DNA from: an uncultured Clostridia bacterium
GTDB lineage: Bacteria > Bacillota > Clostridia > TANB77 > CAG-508
NCBI GenBank assembly: GCA_947623465.1
Contig: CANQGU010000003.1
Location: 11,652-75,651 of the forward strand
Direction: 5' to 3'
DNA length: 64,000 nt
Every line of letters begins with the position of its first letter. Position 1 is the stretch's first letter. The notes beneath the pieces were generated by a model. That model was not told where the DNA came from and searched no databases. It saw only the letters and a list, made by a program, of their open reading frames with translations. The position numbers and the translations under genes were made by a program. Below, in pieces: positions 24,277 through 31,753 of this stretch.

Positions 24277-24426
24277 TTTACTTATATTGTATGTTTTATC
24301 TAGATTTTATTATACTATTTATTTTATATTGGTGTCAATAGTTAGTCCATTAAAATGTAATTTGAAAACCCGAAGTGACAGTATGTCACCTCGGGTCTTC
24401 GAATACTACAAATTAAAGGCGGTAAT

Positions 24427-24783
24427 TCAATCAAATCTCTTGAAGATCTGATCAGTTTTTTTCTTGACTTTCTTGACTGCTTCCTTCATATAAGGAAACA
24501 TCAATTTGTCGTTTTTCTTCAATAACTGATAGATCTCTTCCAAGATATCTACGTCAATCATCAAAATGTCTTCTACTAAATGCTCAAACATCATCTTTAT
24601 ATCCCGATCTGCACCTCCTTCAGAGTTTGCAAAAAATTCTAATTGATACCGTTTGAACATTTTAGGATATACATATCTGTTTTTGTTATCAAGCATTATT
24701 GCTGATATTTTTCCACAACGAGTTCTTATAAAGATATGTACGTCCCCGCCTATAATTTCGTACTCCTTAATGCTCTTTTCCAT
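24427..24783 (-). CDS. hypothetical protein in compositionally atypical (more GC-rich) DNA; contains two in-frame CGG codons
   Basis: 118 aa ORF. CGG at 24651..24649 and 24606..24604 are in frame 0, and here the +1 frame stops within 3 codons. Confidence 0.4.
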   Translation of the reverse strand: MEKSIKEYEIIGGDVHIFIRTRCGKISAIMLDNKNRYVYPKMFKRYQLEFFANSEGGADRDIKMMFEHLVEDILMIDVDILEEIYQLLKKNDKLMFPYMKEAVKKVKKKTDQIFKRFD

Positions 24784-24921
24784 TAACTAATCTCTCCTTC
24801 TTGCCAAATTGGCTTTCCAATACATTGTTTACGAGTTGCATTTATATTAAACTGTCTAATGATATTAGAACAGGATTAAAAAGGTTGTATACTTATATAA
24901 TACCACATTTTTATGTTAATT

Positions 24922-25575
24922 TCAAGTTTGACTGCCTATATCATATCTTGGAAAAGGAGGTCTTGGTCCATATCCTGGTCCCGGTCTTGGTCCTGGATTA
25001 CAATTTGGTCCAAAACAGTTTCCTGGTCTACCTAATAATTCTCGTAAAATTAATATTCTTATTAAATCATTTAATCCATTATTTCTTTGCGCTCTATTTT
25101 CAGACGTAGAATCTCTAGTTTCTGTAGAAGTTCCTCTATTTTCTACAGTAGATGTTCTATTTTCTACTGTTGATGTTCTGTTTTCAGTATTTGGGGCTTT
25201 TCTAACTTCATTATTTACTGTAATGTTAAGCTCAATTCCATCATTTGTTTCTATGTTGTTATATACTTCATTTACCATGTCATCTATCATTTTTGGATTA
25301 GCTATACCACGGCATTTCATACATACTTTTTTTACCATAGGATATACCACTTTGTATATTTCTGGGTAACAATTTTCTAACTCATTTGCCTGCATCATAT
25401 TCATGTTTTGAGTGTTCATATTTCGATAGTTCATGTTTTGACCAAAATATCCGTATCCAAACATATTTGGATCTAGTCCTTCTCCATATTGATAATTTGA
25501 ATTATATTGATCATATGTATTTTGACATCCACATCCCGGGTAATTCATAAAATTTTGCATATATTCTTCGTACAT
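24922..25575 (-). CDS. hypothetical low-complexity N/Y/G/P-rich protein with heptad repeats (spore-coat-like composition)
   Basis: 217 aa with an internal ENRTSTV-type 7-aa repeat and a PGPRPGPGYGPRPP tail. Confidence 0.4.
   Translation of the reverse strand: MYEEYMQNFMNYPGCGCQNTYDQYNSNYQYGEGLDPNMFGYGYFGQNMNYRNMNTQNMNMMQANELENCYPEIYKVVYPMVKKVCMKCRGIANPKMIDDMVNEVYNNIETNDGIELNITVNNEVRKAPNTENRTSTVENRTSTVENRGTSTETRDSTSENRAQRNNGLNDLIRILILRELLGRPGNCFGPNCNPGPRPGPGYGPRPPFPRYDIGSQT
25094..25198. repeat. about five tandem 21-nt units inside CDS 24922..25575
   Basis: Units such as ctattttctacagtagatgtt and ctattttctactgttgatgtt, read directly. Confidence 0.7.
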
Positions 25576-25730
25576 AAAAAACCTCCTAAAATAATCTTGT
25601 TACATATTATTCTTAGGAGATTTTTTTGTTACAATTTATTTAAAATTTTGTCTAAAATTTTTTTTATTTAACTAAATTTTTTTCATACTCTATTTTAATT
25701 TTTTCTTTGCATTTTTTTAACTAAATTTTT

Positions 25731-27194
25731 TTATAATTTATTTACTATTTCTTTAAATTGTGCTCCTCTATCATACATATTTTTGAACATATCAAAACTT
25801 GTGCTAGCTGGTGAAAATAATACTACTTGTTTTGGCTCGCTGTATCTTTTTGCTAATATTACAGCTTGTGATAAGCTATCTGCCATATATATATTTATTT
25901 GTTTGTTTTGTCTTTCTTGTTCTTCTTTAACTTTATCATATATTTTTTCTGCTGTTTGCCCCATAAGTATTAAAGTTTTTACTTTATCTACAATTGGTTT
26001 TGCAATAGGTGTATAATCTAGATTTTTGTCTGCTCCGCCTGCAATTAATACTATATCTTCTTCAAAAGAATTTAATCCTGAGATTGTTCTTGATGGAGTT
26101 GAACTTGCAGAATCATTATACCATTTTGCTCCATTTATTTCTCTTACAAATTCTATTCTATGTTCTACACCTTTAAAGCTTTTTACTGTTTCTATCGCTT
26201 TTGTTTCATCAACTAATGAGTTTGTTGCTGCAAATGCTGTTGCCACATTTTCAAAATTGTGCATTCCTCTAATTATAAGCTCTTTTGTGTTTAATATATG
26301 TTTTCTTAAATTGTCGTCACATCTTTTTATTACATCAACATCTACAATGTATCCATTATCTAATTTTTCTTTACTGCTGAAAAATATTACTTTTCCTTTG
26401 GCTTCTTTTGCACAATTTCTTGTTATTTCATTATCATAATTTAAAATTAATATTCCATCTTTATCTTGATATTTAAAAATATTCTTTTTTGCATTTATAT
26501 ATTCTTCATAATCTTTATGCACATTTAAATGATTTGGAGTAATGTTTGTAATAACTGCAATGTCAGGACTTACATCCATATCCATTAATTGAAAACTACT
26601 TAATTCTAAAACTACCTTGTCTTCTGGCATAATTTCATTTAATTTTGTAAATAAAGGTGTTCCTATGTTTCCTCCTGTATGTACATTATATCCACCATCT
26701 TTTAAAATTTCTGAAATTAAAGTTGTTGTTGTTGTTTTTCCGTCACTTCCTGTTATTCCTATAACTTGACATGGACACATTTTGATTAAAAGTTCTATTT
26801 CTGTTGTAACTATAGCTCCTCTTTCTTCCTCTTCTTCTAGTTCTGGAATTGTTGGCAAACAACTTGGACTTCTTAGTATTAAGTCAAATCCTTTTAATTT
26901 TTTTAAGTAATTTTTTCCAAATGACATCCTCATTCCATAATCTGTTATTTTGTCTATTATATTTTTTGCAATTTCACCTATTTCTCTTTCATCAAATACT
27001 GTGACTTCTGCCTTTTTTTCATAAAAATAGTCAATTAAAGGAATATTACTTGTTCCTAAACCTATTATTGCTACTTTTCTTGATTTTATGTACTGTTCAA
27101 ATTCAATTAACCTTTCATTTTCATATTCCATTTTTAAAATCTTCCTTTCTTGTAAAATAATGGAATTATTTTTTAATTCTTTATCATTTTTCAC
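25731..27194 (-). CDS. murD: UDP-N-acetylmuramoylalanine--D-glutamate ligase (start may be the internal ATG near 27131)
   Basis: VAIIGLGTSN, GITGSDGKTTTT P-loop, NITPNHLNVH motif. Confidence 0.85.
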   Translation of the reverse strand: MKNDKELKNNSIILQERKILKMEYENERLIEFEQYIKSRKVAIIGLGTSNIPLIDYFYEKKAEVTVFDEREIGEIAKNIIDKITDYGMRMSFGKNYLKKLKGFDLILRSPSCLPTIPELEEEEERGAIVTTEIELLIKMCPCQVIGITGSDGKTTTTTLISEILKDGGYNVHTGGNIGTPLFTKLNEIMPEDKVVLELSSFQLMDMDVSPDIAVITNITPNHLNVHKDYEEYINAKKNIFKYQDKDGILILNYDNEITRNCAKEAKGKVIFFSSKEKLDNGYIVDVDVIKRCDDNLRKHILNTKELIIRGMHNFENVATAFAATNSLVDETKAIETVKSFKGVEHRIEFVREINGAKWYNDSASSTPSRTISGLNSFEEDIVLIAGGADKNLDYTPIAKPIVDKVKTLILMGQTAEKIYDKVKEEQERQNKQINIYMADSLSQAVILAKRYSEPKQVVLFSPASTSFDMFKNMYDRGAQFKEIVNKL

Positions 27195-27349
27195 ATTTTC
27201 TCTTATTTATATTTTATGTTTTTTTCCTGATTTAGTACATATTGTTAACATATTAACATATTTTTTTTATTTTTACAAGTTTAGGAAGTATGATTTTGAA
27301 AATTTGGTTAATAATATTATTATACCAAAATTAAACGGAGGTGTTTATT

Positions 27350-27463
27350 ATGTCAAACAATAATAACAAAAACAAAAATAACAACAATAATCAAAACCAA
27401 AATAACAACAACAATAACAATAAAAACAATTCAAATAATTCAAACAATAATAACAATCAATAA
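27350..27463 (+). CDS. 37-aa Asn-rich microprotein
   Basis: SD GGAGGTG 8 nt before the ATG. Product is MSNNNNKNKNNNNNQNQNNNNNNNKNNSNNSNNNNNQ, with a double stop and an intrinsic terminator downstream. Confidence 0.5.
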   Translation: MSNNNNKNKNNNNNQNQNNNNNNNKNNSNNSNNNNNQ

Positions 27464-27494
27464 TAAGATATTAAAAAATTTTTTTCAATTGAAT

Positions 27495-27535
27495 AAAAAC
27501 TGTTTCTATTTTTCTTTAGAAACAGTTTTTTCTTT
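27495..27535 (+). terminator. intrinsic terminator
   Basis: Stem AAAACTGTTTCT/AGAAACAGTTTT followed by a T run. Confidence 0.7.
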
Positions 27536-27580
27536 AAATTATTAATTTGTTTATCTAATTTATAACTCATTAACTTTTCA

Positions 27581-28093
27581 TTATGGTATTAGTGTTAATC
27601 CGAAAATTAAAACAATTACACCAAATCCTGTAAGTTCTTCATCTGTAAAAATGTCTTTATATAAATTTTTTGATTCTTCTACTGCTTGACGCACTTCTTC
27701 TGTATCTTCTATTATTTCTACTGTGTATGAGTTTATGTATTCTGCGGTAAAAAATACCATAAATTTTTTTGGTTGATTTACATATGTACCTTCAATTTTT
27801 AAATATTTTGTCCCTACTAATCTGTCTTTTTTATCAAAAATATTTACTTTTATATATTTTCCTTCTAGGTTGTTTTCGTTTGTACTCGTAATTTTTCCAT
27901 ATATTCTTCCATTTACTTTTGTTGATTGTGCTAGATCTATTTTTATTTGATTTGATAAGTTTCCTTTATTTGTTATGTTTTTATATGATGCATTTAACCC
28001 TATATAAATCATAGCTGTTGCAAAAATATAAAATCCAATAGCAATTAATAAATATGTTCCCAAAGTTTTTAATCTGCTCATTATTTCCCCCAT
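27581..28093 (-). CDS. hypothetical membrane-anchored protein
   Basis: 170 aa with N- and C-terminal hydrophobic segments. Confidence 0.4.
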   Translation of the reverse strand: MGEIMSRLKTLGTYLLIAIGFYIFATAMIYIGLNASYKNITNKGNLSNQIKIDLAQSTKVNGRIYGKITSTNENNLEGKYIKVNIFDKKDRLVGTKYLKIEGTYVNQPKKFMVFFTAEYINSYTVEIIEDTEEVRQAVEESKNLYKDIFTDEELTGFGVIVLIFGLTLIP

Positions 28094-28334
28094 TTTTATA
28101 ATATTTATATTTTTCCATCTTATGTTACTTTTTTATTATAACAAATTTTTCTATTTTTTTCAATCTTTTATGTTAATAAAATTTCCTTGCGTTTTCTTTT
28201 CTTACATACTTCTATAATATTGGTCTTTTTGGTTTGTTTTTTAGAAATTTATTTTATACCAAATATAGTGTACTGATTTTCAAATTTAATTTGTATAAAA
28301 TATATTTAATTGAAACGAAAGGATGATGTAATAG

Positions 28335-28515
28335 ATGGAGAAATTAGAAATACAAAAAACCGCAAAAACTAGTAATAGTGTAACTCGCACTATTCGAATT
28401 AGTCGGAGCAACATTTGACAAAATTAATGACATAGCAGATAAACACGAAATTAGTTTCAACTGTGTAATAAACCAAGTAATTGAATATGGTTTAAAAAAT
28501 ATTGCAGATGCTTAA
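28335..28515 (+). CDS. ribbon-helix-helix (CopG/Arc-like) protein; needs a +1 shift at CGG 28404..28406
   Basis: MEKLEIQKTAKTSNSVTRTIRIS, then CGG (frame 0 stops 4 codons later). The +1 frame gives GATFDKINDIADKHEISFNCVINQVIEYGLKNIADA, which is a beta-strand plus two helices typical of RHH proteins. Confidence 0.55.
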
Positions 28516-28531
28516 AATATTTTATTTTTAT

Positions 28532-28567
28532 AACCACCCGCGAAAACGGGTGGTTTGCTTTTTTTAT
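28532..28567. terminator. bidirectional intrinsic terminator
   Basis: Stem AACCACCCG/CGGGTGGTT with flanking T and A runs, between convergent genes. Confidence 0.7.
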
Positions 28568-28998
28568 TTTTTATATTCTTTATATTCTTCTATCGCTCTT
28601 TTGTGGTATGGAAGTTGTAACAATTTATTTGCATCTTTTAATTCTATTATTTTTAATTTACTATTTTTTTCTGTTGGTTTATTGATTTCTTTATCAATTT
28701 TTACAACATAGACATTAACTAAAGACTCCATATTTTTATTATTTCTTGTTACCCAAAAACAATCAATAACGCATAATTCTTCTATAGATATTATTTTACA
28801 CCCAGCTTCTTCCATAAATTCTCTTTTTAAGCATTCTAAATGTGTTTCTCCTTTTTCTATTCCTCCACCTATTAAAGATATTTCGTTTTCTTTTTCAGTA
28901 CAATACAATTTTTCATCCTTTTCTACTATTCCAAAACATGTTTCTCTAAAATCATATTTCTTGTTTTCTATTTTTTCGCCCATTGTTATTTTTTTCAA
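28564..28998 (-). CDS. NUDIX hydrolase
   Basis: Nudix box GGGIEKGETHLECLKREFMEEAG. Confidence 0.8.
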   Translation of the reverse strand: MKKITMGEKIENKKYDFRETCFGIVEKDEKLYCTEKENEISLIGGGIEKGETHLECLKREFMEEAGCKIISIEELCVIDCFWVTRNNKNMESLVNVYVVKIDKEINKPTEKNSKLKIIELKDANKLLQLPYHKRAIEEYKEYKK

Positions 28999-29069
28999 TT
29001 TTTATTTCTCCTTATTTTCTTATTATTTAATTTCAGTTGTCGATATTTTGTCAATAACAAAAATTACAT

Positions 29070-29098
29070 TTGACATTTCTTAAAAATCTGTGTATAAT
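29070..29098 (+). promoter_or_regulatory. consensus sigma-A promoter (TTGACA-17 nt-TATAAT)
   Basis: TTGACA at 29070-29075, a 17-nt spacer ending in TG, and TATAAT at 29093-29098. Confidence 0.55.
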
Positions 29099-29104
29099 AA
29101 GTAT

Positions 29105-29196
29105 AGGAAATGAACATACAGAAATGTGTGCTACCACTATATTATTGTGATAAACACTACATTGCCGTGCAAAGCAAAATGTAGTGTTTTTATTTA
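29105..29196 (+). ncRNA. candidate ~90-nt small RNA (antisense or antitoxin-type)
   Basis: Bounded by the consensus promoter and the hairpin AAACACTACATT/AATGTAGTGTTT plus a T run. Its 3' end overlaps the stop codon of the convergent small ORF 29194..29298. Confidence 0.4.
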
Positions 29197-29298
29197 TTCC
29201 TTATTCGTCCATACTATGTATATAACTGTCAATAAGGCTATATTTATAGTTAAAGAAATCATAAATCCTAAAATTAGGAATAGTAACAAATCTACCAT
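29194..29298 (-). CDS. 34-aa hydrophobic peptide (type I toxin-like)
   Basis: SD GAGGTGG plus ATG. Product is MVDLLLFLILGFMISLTINIALLTVIYIVWTNKE. An upstream TTGAAA-17-TATAGT promoter would give a ~95-nt leader. Confidence 0.4.
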   Translation of the reverse strand: MVDLLLFLILGFMISLTINIALLTVIYIVWTNKE

Positions 29299-29676
29299 AA
29301 ATACCACCTCACTTTCTCATAGCAAATCGCTATGTAGCAAAGTGGCAACACTCACATCTGCTTTTTTATTCATTTCCTATGCAAAATACTATACAATATT
29401 TTTTTACATATTTCAAGCGAACATTTATAAATTTTTTCTATAAATTGAAAAAATATTTTTAGAATCATATATTTATGTATTTTTAAATTTTTATTAAAAA
29501 TAACAGATTTTAATCTATTTTTTAATACAGATTTCTATGAGTTTTTGTTTTACTTTCTTGCATTTGATATGATAATATTGTAAAATATTAACTATGAGAA
29601 ATAAAAATAATATTTTTTTACAATGATGATATAGGGGAGAAAGAAAAAATATGAAATCAAAAAAAGTACACTAATA

Positions 29677-30186
29677 TTGTTTGCAATAGTTATTTTGTTT
29701 ATATTAAGTATAGGCATAATTATATACATTAAGAATACAAAATTGATAAGTAATTTTAATTATGATGAGTATTATGGTATTGAACAATTAAATATATTAG
29801 AAATTGAAATATTAGGGAACAAACAAGATAAGGTAATAAATAATTCTAATTTGAAAAAAGAAATAAAAGATAATATACTTAATATTTTAAATTCATCAAA
29901 AACAATAGAAATTCTTGATTGGACTCAATGGGAGAAGAATAACCTTTATAATAAATTAAGCGATAATGAAGATAAAGAGTTACAAATACGTATTTCTGGC
30001 GATAATAATCAAAATAACGTATCTGATATAGGAGAATATTTTATTATATCATTCAATAATTTGGATAAAGAATATTATATAGATTATGCTATTACTAAAA
30101 TAAATGGATCTAGTGTAAAAGACCAAAAAGTAATAATAAAAAAAATTTCTAAAGAACAGTATGACTATATATTAAGTTTGTTATAA
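29677..30186 (+). CDS. hypothetical secreted or membrane-anchored protein (possible true start ATG 29651 through the A7 tract)
   Basis: 169 aa ORF from TTG with an N-terminal hydrophobic anchor. Confidence 0.4.
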   Translation: MFAIVILFILSIGIIIYIKNTKLISNFNYDEYYGIEQLNILEIEILGNKQDKVINNSNLKKEIKDNILNILNSSKTIEILDWTQWEKNNLYNKLSDNEDKELQIRISGDNNQNNVSDIGEYFIISFNNLDKEYYIDYAITKINGSSVKDQKVIIKKISKEQYDYILSLL

Positions 30187-30321
30187 TGATATTTTATATT
30201 TTTTGCGAATTTTAGTTTGCTATTAACTATGTTTTTAATTTAACATAATTTTTATATTTTGCAATACTTTTTGAAAAGAAATCTGCCACCAGTGGCAAAT
30301 TTCTTTATATAAATTATAATG

Positions 30322-31158
30322 TTATTTATTTTTTAAGCTTTTCTTATTATCCTTTTCCAATTGTTTCAAACTTTTTTTAGGAGTAGGCAATTCTTCTGGC
30401 ATAGTTCCTCCAGCTTCTTTTATTGCTTTTCTTACTATTTTTCCAATTTTATTATGAGTATAACAAGCTTTCTTTTCAGTATCAACTTTATCTCTTTTTA
30501 ATCTTGATTCTGTTTGCGTGATGCGAAACAAATTAGCTGCCAGTTCTTCACTTCCCATATTATCTAAAATATCTTCTCTATATCTTAATCCTTTCCTTTT
30601 TGCAATATCATCAGCTGTTTCTCCATTATATAAACCTTTATATCCAGCATTATGAAATTTATCAAAATTCTTAACTCCTGCATTTTTAGCGGTTTGATTA
30701 AGTGAATAATTTCCTTTTCTTGTTAAGTTTCTTTGGTAAAATCTCTTTTCATCTTCTGTTAATGAAGTATACTCTTTTTCGCTAATTTCTTGTTTTCTAG
30801 TTTGAACTGCAAAATATGTTTGTGCTAATGCAACAATTTTTAGTCTTGGATTAGCATTTTGAGCTATAAGATAGCAAGCATATCGCGTTAATTTATAATC
30901 CTTTTGTTTTCTTTTTGCGCCAGAACCTATTTCTACCATTTTGTTGTCAACAACGAAATGGTCAATGTCAGCTATTTCAGAGTTTTGACAAGCTATCTTT
31001 GCTTTTTCAATTACTGCATCAAAATATCTCCAGTCTTTATAACTTAAAACTTTCATTAACTCTCTTGCATACCAAAATTCAATACCATTTTCATCAATGT
31101 GTTTTATATCTTCAAAAGTCTTATTATTATAATTTTCTTTTTTTTCTAGTTCTTTCAT
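30322..31158 (-). CDS. dinD: DNA damage-inducible protein D (DinD-like)
   Basis: FEDIKHIDENGIEFWYARELMKVLSYKDWRYF N-terminal signature. Confidence 0.65.
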   Translation of the reverse strand: MKELEKKENYNNKTFEDIKHIDENGIEFWYARELMKVLSYKDWRYFDAVIEKAKIACQNSEIADIDHFVVDNKMVEIGSGAKRKQKDYKLTRYACYLIAQNANPRLKIVALAQTYFAVQTRKQEISEKEYTSLTEDEKRFYQRNLTRKGNYSLNQTAKNAGVKNFDKFHNAGYKGLYNGETADDIAKRKGLRYREDILDNMGSEELAANLFRITQTESRLKRDKVDTEKKACYTHNKIGKIVRKAIKEAGGTMPEELPTPKKSLKQLEKDNKKSLKNK

Positions 31159-31316
31159 TTATAAATATCTCCTTTATTCTATTATTTTTATATTATAATA
31201 TCTCATATGAATTATTTTTCCTATTTATATCATAAATTTGCTATAAATTCAATTATTTTCCAAATATTACTCAATCCATTATTGTCTTTTTCTGCCACTC
31301 ACTCATACACAATAAA

Positions 31317-31700
31317 TTATAAAAAGACTTTATACTGATTATATTTATCACATAAACTTAAAGTACTAACATTTTTTATACTTGTTTTTGGAATTAAATA
31401 CATATCTTTTTCTTCAGTTAAAATAAAAACTAAATCTATATTGGTATTTAAAATTGTTTTATAAGTTTTTCCTTTTGTTCCACCACAACTTTTTAAAGCT
31501 ACTTGATAATTTCCTCCTTTTGCTATACAACCTGTTGACTTTACTTGAACCCTTTGTAATAAATTATTTTTTTCCACAATTAAATCGTAATCTTGTGTAT
31601 CATTTAATGGTATTGAAACAGTATATCCTTTTGTTGCAAAATAAGCTATTGCCATACCTAATCCACTATTTCCTTTTTCTTTATTACTAAAAAAATGCAT
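31317..31700 (-). CDS. PD-(D/E)XK endonuclease of the group-I-intron-associated type
   Basis: 127 aa. GLGMAIAYFATKGYTVSIPLNDTQDYDLIVE...VQVKS arrangement (D...D/ExK-like). Confidence 0.5.
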   Translation of the reverse strand: MHFFSNKEKGNSGLGMAIAYFATKGYTVSIPLNDTQDYDLIVEKNNLLQRVQVKSTGCIAKGGNYQVALKSCGGTKGKTYKTILNTNIDLVFILTEEKDMYLIPKTSIKNVSTLSLCDKYNQYKVFL

Positions 31701-31753
31701 TTTACTCTCCTTTTTGTTATTATTACTGTTTTATCATATTTATAGTTAAAAAT

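Noticed and set aside
18754-24396. The recurrent palindromes as a possible CRISPR array
   Set aside because: Spacing is irregular (tens of nt up to several kb), the units differ in sequence, genes lie between them, and no cas genes are present.
27361-27463. The AAC/AAT-rich stretch as a non-coding simple repeat
   Set aside because: It is not a perfect microsatellite and keeps one open frame from an SD-preceded ATG to a double stop with a terminator. It is kept as a low-confidence microprotein instead.
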